From an uncultured Erysipelotrichaceae bacterium (GTDB lineage: Bacteria; Bacillota_I; Bacilli_A; Erysipelotrichales; Coprobacillaceae): a stretch of 34,540 bases of DNA. The notes under the pieces are model-generated. The model was not told the origin of the DNA. It was given only the letters and a program-made list of their open reading frames with translations, and did not search any database. A program made the translations under genes and the position numbers. The first letter of the stretch is position 1. Each line of letters starts with the position of its first letter. This document shows positions 1-9,638 of the stretch, in pieces. The DNA is taken from the NCBI GenBank assembly GCA_947573745.1, contig CANPGX010000001.1, positions 1-34,540 on the forward strand. The letters are read 5' to 3'.

Positions 1-404
1 TTTTCTATTTTATGAAATCCTTGTTTTTGAAATTGAGTTTGTTTTTCTAATAATCGATCCTGTTTTTCCTCATCTATTTCATCTAACCAGGCATACTGCA
101 GACGTGTTTGAATAAAGACATATAAAAACAAAAAAACAGCTACAACAAAACTGGTAGCCCATTGATATAAAGCAATGTGTGTAATATCCATAGATCGTGG
201 AACCATCATAAGAGAAGAAGCCATAATTAGCATCGACAAAACAATGGATAATAAAATTCTCTTCTTGATGAGCTCTCTTTCCTTTTGAACATGAAAAATA
301 TGTTCATTCCAATTTGCCAGATCTTCCAACAAAAGATCCACTTGTTCTAAATAATCTCCTCCTAACAATTCTATATCAATTAAAAAAAGATGGATTTCTT
401 TCAT
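1..404 (-). CDS. Tad/T2SS-F-like pilus assembly membrane protein, partial (3' end runs off window)
   Basis: Own minus-strand translation from ATG at 404: MKEIHLFLIDIELLGGDYLEQVDLLLEDLANWNEHIFHVQKERELIKKRILLSIVLSMLIMASSLMMVP...; open to position 1. Absent from the track because no stop lies in the window. Two hydrophobic helices; lies downstream of the CpaF-like ATPase. Confidence 0.4.
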   Translation of the reverse strand, partial: MKEIHLFLIDIELLGGDYLEQVDLLLEDLANWNEHIFHVQKERELIKKRILLSIVLSMLIMASSLMMVPRSMDITHIALYQWATSFVVAVFLFLYVFIQTRLQYAWLDEIDEEKQDRLLEKQTQFQKQGFHKIE

Positions 405-453
405 CCTACGACAAGCATAATGCAATTCTATCTCATTAAATAATGTTGTATAA

Positions 454-783
454 TCATTTGATTATCCCCGTTGATAGCTCATAACTATCCTCTAACGCAT
501 TGATAATCTTAGGTCTTTTTTTAAAAGAATACAACATTGTTTCCAAATAATTAACCACATCGTCAAAACGTTTTTTTTCATAAAGATATCGATCATAGCT
601 ACGAATAAACCAAGGTAACAAAAAAAGAATCTCTATGCAAAGCAAACATATCATACTGCTTTTTAATCTATAAATATATCCTAAAACAACCAATAAAATG
701 ATACCTAAAATAAAATGGATAAAAAACTTTTTTAAAGGATAATGATGGGCTCTTTCCTTTAATGAATATAGCGAATATTTCAT
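454..783 (-). CDS. small TadB/TadC-like pilus assembly membrane protein
   Basis: Track ORF 454..858 trimmed to the ATG at 783, which overlaps the ATPase stop (ATGA). Hydrophobic helices (FFIHFILGIILLVVLGYIY, ICLLCIEILFLLPWF). Function inferred from operon position only. Confidence 0.4.
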   Translation of the reverse strand: MKYSLYSLKERAHHYPLKKFFIHFILGIILLVVLGYIYRLKSSMICLLCIEILFLLPWFIRSYDRYLYEKKRFDDVVNYLETMLYSFKKRPKIINALEDSYELSTGIIK

Positions 784-1778
784 AAATGAAAAGGATCCTT
801 TATATGAGCTCTTTGGAATTTTCTTTGAATATCTTCTAATAATTCTTGACTGATCCACTGCCCATCATCGTAAATTAATTGTTCTCGATTTTCTCCCTTT
901 GCATTATGCTCAAATAAAATAACTTGATCGATACGCCGCTTAATCTTCCCATGTTCCTCTCGCTTTGAAATGCCCACCCCAACATCTATAAACGAATAAA
1001 TCGTATGATCTATCGTTTTTTTCTCTTCTGACATCATATTTTTAATACGGTCAGGAATTTTACGTACATCATCACTATGTAGCGTTGTCAAACAATGGGT
1101 CCCTGTAGACATCGACTCTAACAAATATTTAACTTCATAAGATCGTGCTTCTGACAAAATAATCCATACAGGCAACTGTCTCAAACTGGCTTTAATCGCC
1201 TGAACATAACTAAAATCTTTATCCACTTTAAGTTCAACACAATCTTTTTGTGGATTAATCGCATGATAATGAATCTCTAAATTATCTTCTATCGTAATCA
1301 CCCTCTCCTTAGCAGGAATATATTGAGTCAATAATTTAAGATATTCTGTTTTTCCTACTCCGGGCAACCCAGTAATCACAATATTACACTTTGCTAAAAT
1401 ACAGGCTTTCATAAAACTCTCTAGGCGCTCTTCACAATATCCTTCTTTCATCATCTGTTTCTTTGTTAAACGTCGCTTCATAGGTGATTTTCGTATAGAT
1501 ATGCTTCGTCCCGTCTTAGCAACATCCTCATGAATGATGGATACTCTTAAACCACTATCTTCAGCTTCCAATAAAGGATGATATTTATTAAAGGAAGCAT
1601 TCACCTGATTAGCAACATACATGGAAAAGCGTTGGATAAAGTCTTCATCCAATCGTACTTTTTCCATATATCTTCCTTTTTTTAAATGATCGATCCATAA
1701 TTGTTTTCCATTCCAATTAATATCTGTGATATTTTCATTTTCTATAAATGGTTCTAATGGCCCATAAATAGATGGCAT
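780..1778 (-). CDS. CpaF/TadA-type (VirB11-like) secretion ATPase
   Basis: Walker A GLPGVGKTE, Asp-box ITIEDNLEI, Walker B-like WIILSEARSYE, His-box TGTHCLTTLHSDD. ATG at 1778 overlaps the pilin stop; the track uses the GTG at 1781. Confidence 0.85.
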   Translation of the reverse strand: MPSIYGPLEPFIENENITDINWNGKQLWIDHLKKGRYMEKVRLDEDFIQRFSMYVANQVNASFNKYHPLLEAEDSGLRVSIIHEDVAKTGRSISIRKSPMKRRLTKKQMMKEGYCEERLESFMKACILAKCNIVITGLPGVGKTEYLKLLTQYIPAKERVITIEDNLEIHYHAINPQKDCVELKVDKDFSYVQAIKASLRQLPVWIILSEARSYEVKYLLESMSTGTHCLTTLHSDDVRKIPDRIKNMMSEEKKTIDHTIYSFIDVGVGISKREEHGKIKRRIDQVILFEHNAKGENREQLIYDDGQWISQELLEDIQRKFQRAHIKDPFHL

Positions 1779-1933
1779 CACGATACTTGTCCACCTTGAT
1801 TTAATAATGTATTAATCATCTTTAATAAAGCCTCTTTAATCGCTTCTGCTAAAGGCGATGCAAAAGCAATAAAAATCATCGATACAACAATAACCACCAT
1901 AATCAAACCATATTCTTCTAAAAAGCCTTTCAT
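1778..1933 (-). CDS. Flp-family type IVb pilin-like small protein (51 aa), not in ORF track
   Basis: Own translation: MKGFLEEYGLIMVVIVVSMIFIAFASPLAEAIKEALLKMINTLLNQGGQVS. Has the EYGLI core plus hydrophobic helix typical of Flp pilins. Start overlaps the upstream stop (ATGA) and the stop overlaps the ATPase start. Confidence 0.6.
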   Translation of the reverse strand: MKGFLEEYGLIMVVIVVSMIFIAFASPLAEAIKEALLKMINTLLNQGGQVS

Positions 1934-2310
1934 TTCATGACCTCCTTATTGATATACTCTTCCTTAACCATTTGATAGCGATGCTTAATTTCCCCATCCT
2001 TTCCATGAATATATGGAAAATGCTGAATCACCTCTACATCTAAAACCCCCCTTTCTTGATCGCAAGTATAAAGTTTGATCGTATAATCCCCTCGACTATT
2101 CACTTGTTTAAAAAAATCATCTTTAAATAATGCAAAAACTTCCTCATCATCCATCCTTGTATCCATCTGTTTTAGGGTAAAGGATAAAGCATGCTTCAAA
2201 GCCAATCTTTGTTCTTGAGATCTTAAATCTTTATCCATGATTGTAAGATGAATACATAAAGAATAAAAAAGGATACTCACCAACATCCATATCATTAAAC
2301 TTAATTTCAT
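1930..2310 (-). CDS. membrane-anchored hypothetical protein, first gene of the pilus cluster (TadE-like role possible)
   Basis: 126-aa ORF with an N-terminal hydrophobic helix (MIWMLVSILFYSLCIHLTIM). Translationally coupled to the pilin ORF. No recognisable motif. Confidence 0.45.
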   Translation of the reverse strand: MKLSLMIWMLVSILFYSLCIHLTIMDKDLRSQEQRLALKHALSFTLKQMDTRMDDEEVFALFKDDFFKQVNSRGDYTIKLYTCDQERGVLDVEVIQHFPYIHGKDGEIKHRYQMVKEEYINKEVMK

Positions 2311-2313
2311 GCA

Positions 2314-2339
2314 TAAAAAAAGAGGCTTTTAAGGCCTCT
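2314..2339 (-). terminator. rho-independent terminator after the DUF4250 gene
   Basis: Minus strand reads AGAGGC-CTTAAAA-GCCTCT followed by TTTTTTTAT. Confidence 0.6.
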
Positions 2340-2415
2340 AATATATTCACTTTCACAATACCATATTACCATGGTTATCGATACGCGTAAAGTTCTATTT
2401 TCTATCAAAAAAGTA

Positions 2416-2592
2416 TCATTTGAATTGATTGGTTAAGGCATCGTACTCAAAATCAACACTCTTTAAGCGGGCTATGATTTCTTCTTTTGAAACATTTAAA
2501 TCATCACATAATGCGTCCAGACTCTTATACTCATCTCTAAGTTTCATATTGATATAACTCAACAACATCATATTATCCTTCATCAATTCCAT
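2416..2592 (-). CDS. DUF4250-family small protein (58 aa), not in ORF track
   Basis: Own translation: MELMKDNMMLLSYINMKLRDEYKSLDALCDDLNVSKEEIIARLKSVDFEYDALTNQFK. Pattern (LLSxxNMKLRDxYxSLDxLCxD...YDxxxNQF) matches my recollection of DUF4250. Starts 4 nt after the aminotransferase stop. Confidence 0.7.
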   Translation of the reverse strand: MELMKDNMMLLSYINMKLRDEYKSLDALCDDLNVSKEEIIARLKSVDFEYDALTNQFK

Positions 2593-2595
2593 ATC

Positions 2596-3780
2596 CTATA
2601 CCTTCACTTTCCCATCGTCCAACTTCTTTAAAAAACTTTCAATACGACTTAAGCCCTCTTTAAGCTGTTCAATACTATACGCATAGGAAATACGTACATA
2701 TCCTTCTCCAGCATCACCAAAAGCATCTCCAGGAACACAAGCACATTTTTCTTCTGATAATAATAATTCGCAGAATTGTTTTGATGTCAATCCAGTGGAT
2801 TTAATACATGGAAATACATAAAACGCGCCTCTTGGCATAAAAGTTTTTAAGCCCAGACGATTCAGTCCTTCAACGAGATAATTTCGTCTAGCTAAATAAG
2901 ATAATCTCATTTGTTCAATGCCTTCATCACCATTTTTTAAAGCTTCTATACCAGCATATTGGGCCATTGTATTCGCACACATAATCACAAATTGATGAAC
3001 TTTATTCATCGCCTTAATAAAAGTAGGATGCGCTAACAAATAGCCTAATCTCCATCCTGTCATAGCATAAGCTTTTGAAAAGCCACTGATGACAATGACT
3101 TGATCTTTGATATCATCAAAAGACGCTATGGAACAGAAATGCTCATCATAACATAATTCAGCATAGATCTCGTCAGAAACAACAATCAGTCCATACTTCT
3201 TAATGATAGGCACAAGTAAGGCAAAATCATCGCGACTCATCGTTCCACCCGTAGGGTTATTCGGATAATTCAATAAAAGTATTTTCGTGCGATCTGTCAA
3301 TGCTGCTTCAAGCATTTCCGGTGTAAGTTTAAACCCATTTTCTTCTTTTAATTCAATATATTTAGTAATACCTCCAGACAATGCTATCGCTGGACTATAA
3401 GCTACATAACTCGGTGTCGGTAAAATCACTTCATCACCTGGATTTAATAAAGCACGACAAGCCAAATCGATACCTTCAGATCCGCCCACTGTCACAAGCA
3501 CTTGATCTTCTTGGTAATCAAGATTAAATTTTCTCTTTTGATAAGCACAAATTTCTTTTCTTAGTTCTAAAAGACCAGGATTAGCTGTATAAAAAGTCTT
3601 TCCTTTTTCTAACGCATAGATAGCTGCCTCTCTTACATGCCAGGGTGTATCAAAATCAGGCTCTCCTACTCCTAACGATACAACACCTTCAATTTGATTA
3701 GCCAAATCAAAAAACTTCCTAATCCCACTAGGTGCTAAATCTCTTACCGTTGTATTTAAATAACTTTCATAATCTATCAT
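2596..3780 (-). CDS. class I/II PLP-dependent aminotransferase (aspartate/aromatic type)
   Basis: 394 aa. PLP-lysine context SGFSKAYAMTGWRLGY, NPTG motif. Start overlaps the AsnC stop. Confidence 0.9.
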   Translation of the reverse strand: MIDYESYLNTTVRDLAPSGIRKFFDLANQIEGVVSLGVGEPDFDTPWHVREAAIYALEKGKTFYTANPGLLELRKEICAYQKRKFNLDYQEDQVLVTVGGSEGIDLACRALLNPGDEVILPTPSYVAYSPAIALSGGITKYIELKEENGFKLTPEMLEAALTDRTKILLLNYPNNPTGGTMSRDDFALLVPIIKKYGLIVVSDEIYAELCYDEHFCSIASFDDIKDQVIVISGFSKAYAMTGWRLGYLLAHPTFIKAMNKVHQFVIMCANTMAQYAGIEALKNGDEGIEQMRLSYLARRNYLVEGLNRLGLKTFMPRGAFYVFPCIKSTGLTSKQFCELLLSEEKCACVPGDAFGDAGEGYVRISYAYSIEQLKEGLSRIESFLKKLDDGKVKV

Positions 3781-4271
3781 GGAGTCACAACCAATCTTTC
3801 TTGACGATCTTCATTATCTTCTAAAAGCATACCTGCTTTTTTATATTTTTTTAATACAAATAATGTTGAGGTACCCGTAACACCTTCGATACAAGCCAGC
3901 TTACTTCCCACAAACATAGCCACATCCTGCATCGTTTTTCCACTTACCTCTACAATAAACTCACTTGATCCACTTAATAAATAAAGGGTATCCACCTCTG
4001 GATAACGAGCAATACGTGCAGCAACACGATCATAGCCATATTCTCTTTCTGGTGTAGAATTGATTTGAATAAGTGCTTGAACTTTTTCTTTATTTGTCTT
4101 ATCCCAATTCACCAAGGTATGATATCCACAGATAACGCGTTTTCTTTCAAGCTCGCTCATCGTTTCTAAAATATTTTCTTCACTTTCTTGTAGCGCCATA
4201 GCAAGGTCACTCACACTATAACGCGCTTGTTTTTCAATTAATTGAAGTAATTTTTCTTCCATTGACAACAC
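3777..4271 (-). CDS. Lrp/AsnC-family transcriptional regulator
   Basis: 164 aa with an N-terminal HTH (ARYSVSDLAMALQESEENILETMSELERKRVI) and a C-terminal RAM-like domain. The aminotransferase-adjacent arrangement is common in Bacillota. Confidence 0.8.
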   Translation of the reverse strand: MLSMEEKLLQLIEKQARYSVSDLAMALQESEENILETMSELERKRVICGYHTLVNWDKTNKEKVQALIQINSTPEREYGYDRVAARIARYPEVDTLYLLSGSSEFIVEVSGKTMQDVAMFVGSKLACIEGVTGTSTLFVLKKYKKAGMLLEDNEDRQERLVVTP

Positions 4272-4273
4272 TC

Positions 4274-5170
4274 CTATCTTTCTTGTTTAAAACAAGACTC
4301 AGCATACAACATAGCACCCAGTATATTGGCATCGTTATTATATTTACAACGCTCAATACGTGTCGTGATCAATCCATTGAAATTATGACTGCTTTGATCT
4401 TCCTTAAACATCTTTTGCATTTTTTCAATAAACCAATCTTCTTCAGATATACCGCCACCTAAACAAATGACTTCTGGATTATAAAAAATGATAATCATAT
4501 GAAGTCCAAACAAGATATTCTTGCACCATTCTTCCATCGCCTTAATAGCTACCGGATCATCTTTCAAATATTTTTCCGTTACTTCCGTACCATAAGTTAA
4601 TGGTACTGCTGCCTCACGATTATAAATATCAATGAGTGAAGTAATCGCACCAATCTGTGATAATCCAATATATCGACCATCGGCATCTCTTCCAATAGGT
4701 AAACCAGAAAATTCTCCAGCAACGTTGTCAACACCTTGAATAACACCACTTTCATTGCACACACAACCACCAATTCCAGTACCAATAATATAGTAAACAG
4801 AAGATTTTGTCCCTTTTCCATGACCAATTTTTAATTCACAAAAGCCAGCCGCTTTGGCATCATTCATCGTCGCCACTGGTCGATTTAATCGAGATCCAAT
4901 TTCTTCATTCACATTTGTTTGATACATAATACGCACATTAGGTGCAGCCTTTGACATAATCGTTGAATCATCATTCACAACACCTGGTGCACTCACACCA
5001 ATAAAATCCACTTCTGACACATCAACATCTTCACATAAATATTGATAAAAATCATCTTTTGTTTTCATCAAAATAGATGGCTTTTTCCATTTCTTGACAA
5101 TTTTATAACTTTCATCTACTAATGCATACTTAATAAAAGTTCCCCCAATATCGATTCCTAAATGATACAT
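4274..5170 (-). CDS. ROK-family sugar kinase
   Basis: N-terminal LGIDIGGTFIKYALVD ATP-binding motif, and a GxGIGG block (IIGTGIGGCV). Confidence 0.85.
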   Translation of the reverse strand: MYHLGIDIGGTFIKYALVDESYKIVKKWKKPSILMKTKDDFYQYLCEDVDVSEVDFIGVSAPGVVNDDSTIMSKAAPNVRIMYQTNVNEEIGSRLNRPVATMNDAKAAGFCELKIGHGKGTKSSVYYIIGTGIGGCVCNESGVIQGVDNVAGEFSGLPIGRDADGRYIGLSQIGAITSLIDIYNREAAVPLTYGTEVTEKYLKDDPVAIKAMEEWCKNILFGLHMIIIFYNPEVICLGGGISEEDWFIEKMQKMFKEDQSSHNFNGLITTRIERCKYNNDANILGAMLYAESCFKQER

Positions 5171-5293
5171 TCTTTAATCCTCCTATAATATGATTCTTTC
5201 TTTTATTTTATCATGTCTAAACCATAAAATCTCGCATTACTTTCTCTTTTATATAGATAAAAAAAAGAATATACTGTTAAATGAGGTGATTTT

Positions 5294-6073
5294 ATGCCTA
5301 TTTACATAAAAAATGCTAAAAACTTTCTTACTAAAAGCGAACGCTTTAATTATACTTGCAATCCATATGGAGGATGTGTTCATGGTTGTCGTTATTGTTA
5401 TGCACATTATATGTCCTCTTATAGAAAAGAAAAAGAACCATGGGGAAGTTATATCGATATTCGTGATTTCCAATCCTACACGATTCCTAAAGACGCCTCA
5501 TGTATCTTTATTTCCACAGTCACAGATCCTTACCAACCTATTGAAGCAACTCAGTTAAAAACCCAAAAAGCACTGATGGCCCTAAAAGACTTTCCACATA
5601 AAATTTCTATTCTCACTAAAAGTACACTCGTCTTAAGAGATATCGATATCCTCAAAGAACTATCTCATGTAGAGGTCGGTATGAGCATCGCTACTGTAGA
5701 TGAAAAATTTCGCCAAGTGATGGAAAAAAACACTAGTCCCATACAGGCGCGTTTAGATACATTAAAAAAACTTCATGATGCCGGTATAACTACCTATATC
5801 TTTATATGCCCTATTTTTCCTAAGTTGACAAATTACAAAAAAATCATTCAACTTTCAAAAGATTTTACAGATTATTATATGTTTGATTTTCTCAATCTAC
5901 GTGGACAAAATAAAACATGGGTCTTGCAAGAAATCAAACAACATGCGCCTGAATTATATCCATTATATGAACAAATTTATGTAAAAAATGATGATACTTA
6001 TCTTCAATATATTCGCCAAAGTATCCTTGATTATGCCCAAAAAGAAAAGATTCATCTGAAATCAACTTTCTAA
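5294..6073 (+). CDS. radical SAM protein (SplB/COG1533-like)
   Basis: CX3CX2C cluster motif CVHGCRYCYA near the N-terminus. RBS GAGGTGA lies upstream of the ATG. Confidence 0.8.
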   Translation: MPIYIKNAKNFLTKSERFNYTCNPYGGCVHGCRYCYAHYMSSYRKEKEPWGSYIDIRDFQSYTIPKDASCIFISTVTDPYQPIEATQLKTQKALMALKDFPHKISILTKSTLVLRDIDILKELSHVEVGMSIATVDEKFRQVMEKNTSPIQARLDTLKKLHDAGITTYIFICPIFPKLTNYKKIIQLSKDFTDYYMFDFLNLRGQNKTWVLQEIKQHAPELYPLYEQIYVKNDDTYLQYIRQSILDYAQKEKIHLKSTF

Positions 6074-7471
6074 TGAATCTTTAAGAATTTGAATAGCTTT
6101 TTCTTTATTTTTTAATGAGTACCATATATGTTGTAACCTTTGATAAAACAAGTGGCTGAGTTGATGATCCCTAAAAATCTGAAGCGGATGATGATCTTGT
6201 GCATAGATGAAATCACTATGCTCTTTAGCATGATAGTAACCGCTCATTTGATTTTGTTCTATAAAACCTACTTTTAAAGAAACATGAGAAGATAAATGTG
6301 TTGTTAATTCAGCAAGATAGTTTTTAAAATCTTCTTGTTTTATATAAACATGATGTAAAGTATTTAAAGATGTTTCGCCATAATAAAAGCCCTCTTTTTG
6401 GCAACGTTCTTGAATAGCTGTAAGACTAAACATCATACATATTTCGTGACTACCATCCTCAAAGAAATGATGATAAGTCTGTTTTTGTATAGCTCTCATG
6501 GAAATTTTTTGTTCATGGGTTAATCCTGTGTTATAAGTAAGGACATTTTCCATCAAAGAATGACTCATCCCATAAAAAGGTGGTAATTCACTCAAAAGAT
6601 ATTCTTTTCCTTCTAATAATCTTGCTTCTTGATAAAATGACATATAATCATCTGAATCAATGACCTGACTAGAAGAAAATGTTGCCCATCTTTTTAATTC
6701 ATCAAAAAAGTACTGATAAGATGAAACTCTTCGATGATCAAAAAAGACTTCCGTATAACAAGACTTCTCACAATGCATATACATTTGTAAAATTAAACGA
6801 TCTTCAATAAAATATATAGGAAACTGAGGCACTGAGGTCATCTTATGACGAATATAATGAAGTTCAAAATTTTCATAAAATAACCAACTAAGTAATAAAT
6901 CAAAATGGCTATGTGACCCATCACATTGTTCTAAATCAATATAAAATATGATTTTCCATCCCTGTTGAAGTAATCGTTTTATCTGATGATCAAATTTATC
7001 ATAAAAGATTGCCCCATAATTCATCCAATTTAAACAACCACCATCATATAAATGCATCGTTCCAGGTGTTAAAACAGAAGCACAATTAAAATAATATTCT
7101 AATGCTCTTTTTCTTCCCGTATCTTCTTCATAAATAAAGTAAGAATTTTCATAATTAGCATGGTGTTCTATATTAGATAAAGACTGAGACATGGGAACAT
7201 TATAAGGACTACAGAGATAAGACTTCATAAAAGCATGTTTGTCTTTAACGTAATTATCATCATGCTGAAATACCTGATCTAGTACAGATTCATGGTGAGA
7301 AATCATATAAGTAGCCAATGAATCTAAATGCGGAGAATTCTGATCAATCGTACGGATACCATTCTTCCATTTTCCTACTAAACTTTGATCAACATGAAGA
7401 TATCGTGCAATATGAATCACTTTATCATGACAAATAGAAATAAGAAAACCAAGATTTGTTTTTTGATTCAT
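6062..7471 (-). CDS. HTH-domain protein with a large uncharacterised C-terminal domain
   Basis: Track ORF trimmed to the ATG at 7471, preceded by GAAGGAG. N-terminal XRE-like HTH (HIARYLHVDQSLVGKWKNG). The remaining ~400 aa have no motif I recognise. Confidence 0.5.
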   Translation of the reverse strand: MNQKTNLGFLISICHDKVIHIARYLHVDQSLVGKWKNGIRTIDQNSPHLDSLATYMISHHESVLDQVFQHDDNYVKDKHAFMKSYLCSPYNVPMSQSLSNIEHHANYENSYFIYEEDTGRKRALEYYFNCASVLTPGTMHLYDGGCLNWMNYGAIFYDKFDHQIKRLLQQGWKIIFYIDLEQCDGSHSHFDLLLSWLFYENFELHYIRHKMTSVPQFPIYFIEDRLILQMYMHCEKSCYTEVFFDHRRVSSYQYFFDELKRWATFSSSQVIDSDDYMSFYQEARLLEGKEYLLSELPPFYGMSHSLMENVLTYNTGLTHEQKISMRAIQKQTYHHFFEDGSHEICMMFSLTAIQERCQKEGFYYGETSLNTLHHVYIKQEDFKNYLAELTTHLSSHVSLKVGFIEQNQMSGYYHAKEHSDFIYAQDHHPLQIFRDHQLSHLFYQRLQHIWYSLKNKEKAIQILKDSLES

Positions 7472-7587
7472 ATTTTCATCTCCTTCATCATATTCTTCCC
7501 AGTTACTCAATTATAACAAAATTCTATTTTATTTTAGCTTTCCCATTCCTTTTGTCTTTTATTAGTCTTCGAGACATTTAAAAGACA

Positions 7588-7617
7588 TAAAAAAGAACCT
7601 TAACTTAATAAGGTTCT
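7588..7617 (-). terminator. rho-independent terminator of gltX (overlaps the stop codon)
   Basis: Minus strand: AGAACCTTA-TTAAGT-TAAGGTTCT followed by TTTTTTAT. Confidence 0.6.
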
Positions 7618-9051
7618 GTCTAATCTTTTTAATACTGTTTCTTTTCCTAATAAAGTCAAAATACTTGATAAATCCGGCCCATGCATTTGTCCAGTTAAAG
7701 CAATACGAATAGGCATATATAACATTTTTCCTTTAACTAATGTTTCTTGTTGCACCTTCTTGATACTTTCTTTAACATTTTCTTTTGTCAATACATCCAT
7801 TTTTTCAATATACTGTCGTAATGCAAGAAGTGGTTTTTTAACATCTTCTTGTAACATAAATTGTTGCGCCTCTTCGTCCAATGTAATTTCTTGCTCAAAG
7901 AAATAAGAAACCAAAGGAACTATTTCCTTACCATATGAAAGTTGTGCATGATAGGTTTCTACAAGCATTTGAATCCATTCCGATGATCGATGTGATAAAT
8001 CATAAGCTTCTTTTAAAAATGGTAAACACCATTCAACAGCTTCTTGAATACTTTTATCTTTCATATAACGATTGCTGACCCAGGTTAATTTATCTCTGTC
8101 AAACATAGATGGTGATCTTGATAACCGTTTTTCATTAAAATGCTGTATGAGTTCTTCCTTGGAGAAAATTTCCTGTTCTCCTTCCGGTGACCAACCCAGT
8201 AAAGCCAAGAAGTTAAACATAGCTTCGGGGATATAACCTTCATCACGGTACTGCGAAACAAATTGCATAATACTTTCATCTCGTTTAGATAATTTTTTTC
8301 TATTTTCATTGACAATCAATGTCATATGACCATATTGAGGTGCCTTCCATCCTAGCAAATCATACAACATTAATTGTTTTGGCGTATTAGACAAATGTTC
8401 CTCGCCACGGAAAACATGTGTAATATCCATGCAATGATCATCAATCACTACAGCAAAATTATAGGTTGGAATACCATTCGCTTTCACAATGACCCAATCA
8501 CCAATATCCCTTGATTCAAAAGAAACATGTCCACGAATCATATCTTCAAAAGCGTAAGTCTTATTTTCAGGAACACGCAAACGAATAGTATAAGGCTGTC
8601 CCTGTGCCTCTTTAAGAGCGACTTCTTCTGGGCTCAAGAAAGCACAACGTCCATTATAGCGCGGTGCTATGCCCTCTGAAACTTGACGTTCATGTTCCTG
8701 TTCCAACATTTCCTGTGTACAAAAACATTTGTAAGCATAACCTTGTTCTAGTAACCATTGAGCATAATGGCGATAAATATCTAAACGTTCCATTTGGCGA
8801 TAAGGCGCATATTTGGGGTTAGGACGATAAGGTGACTCATCTGGAACAATACCCAACCAAGCCAAATTTTCTAATTGACTCTCTTCCCCGCCTACAATAT
8901 TTCTTTCTACATCGGTATCTTCTAATCTAAAAATAAAATCGCCTTGATAATGTTTGGCAAATAAATAATTAAATAAGGCCGTTCTTGCCCCGCCGATATG
9001 TAAATGTCCTGTTGGACTAGGTGCATATCTTACTCTCACTTTTTCCATCAT
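7600..9051 (-). CDS. gltX: glutamate--tRNA ligase
   Basis: HIGH motif ([17 protein letters not shown]) and KMSKS variant (KLSKR). 483 aa. Confidence 0.95.
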   Translation of the reverse strand: MMEKVRVRYAPSPTGHLHIGGARTALFNYLFAKHYQGDFIFRLEDTDVERNIVGGEESQLENLAWLGIVPDESPYRPNPKYAPYRQMERLDIYRHYAQWLLEQGYAYKCFCTQEMLEQEHERQVSEGIAPRYNGRCAFLSPEEVALKEAQGQPYTIRLRVPENKTYAFEDMIRGHVSFESRDIGDWVIVKANGIPTYNFAVVIDDHCMDITHVFRGEEHLSNTPKQLMLYDLLGWKAPQYGHMTLIVNENRKKLSKRDESIMQFVSQYRDEGYIPEAMFNFLALLGWSPEGEQEIFSKEELIQHFNEKRLSRSPSMFDRDKLTWVSNRYMKDKSIQEAVEWCLPFLKEAYDLSHRSSEWIQMLVETYHAQLSYGKEIVPLVSYFFEQEITLDEEAQQFMLQEDVKKPLLALRQYIEKMDVLTKENVKESIKKVQQETLVKGKMLYMPIRIALTGQMHGPDLSSILTLLGKETVLKRLDRTLLS

Positions 9052-9052
9052 T

Positions 9053-9532
9053 TTATCCTCTTTTCTTTAACATCACGACACAATGGGCCTCTACACCTTG
9101 TTCTTGTCCAACAAAGCCCAGTGACTCTCCTCGTGTTGCTTTAACATTAATTCTGTCTTCATCACAATGTAATACCTTTGCAATATTCATTTTCATTTGT
9201 GGTATATGTGGTGCCATCTTTGGTTTTTCAATTAAAATAAGTGCATCGAGGTTAGATATCTCATAGCCTTCATCTATCATCATTTGATAAGTTTTTTCTA
9301 AAAGGATCATCGAAGAAATACCACGATATTGTTCGTCTGTGTCCGGAAAATGTTTTCCTATATCTCCTTTTCCTAAAGCACCTATAATACTTTCAATCAC
9401 CGCATGAAGCAAAGCATCTGCATCACTGTGTCCCTTTAACCCTTTATCATGCGGAATTTCTACGCCTCCTAAAATGAGTTTTCTATGTGATACCAATGCA
9501 TGAATATCCACAGATTGCCCAATCCTATACAT
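9053..9532 (-). CDS. ispF: 2-C-methyl-D-erythritol 2,4-cyclodiphosphate synthase
   Basis: [10 protein letters not shown]...[11 protein letters not shown]...[11 protein letters not shown] signature. The ispF-gltX adjacency matches the classical Bacillus operon. Confidence 0.95.
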   Translation of the reverse strand: MYRIGQSVDIHALVSHRKLILGGVEIPHDKGLKGHSDADALLHAVIESIIGALGKGDIGKHFPDTDEQYRGISSMILLEKTYQMMIDEGYEISNLDALILIEKPKMAPHIPQMKMNIAKVLHCDEDRINVKATRGESLGFVGQEQGVEAHCVVMLKKRG

Positions 9533-9638
9533 ATTTTCACCCTCTTTGTCGCTATTTTAGCATATATTTTTTTTAATGAATAGACACCCTTACAAAATTT
9601 CATGTATAATGGAAAAACAAAGAAAGGAATGTGATTTT

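Noticed and set aside
4262-5558. Short track ORFs 4262..4462(+), 4597..4827(-), 5249..5473(-) and 5313..5558(+).
   Set aside because: They overlap the ROK kinase or radical-SAM genes in other frames or strands. They lack RBSs and have implausible composition.
8085-9266. Track ORFs 8085..8315(-) and 9021..9266(+).
   Set aside because: The first is out of frame inside gltX, and the second is antisense across the gltX/ispF junction. Both are spurious.
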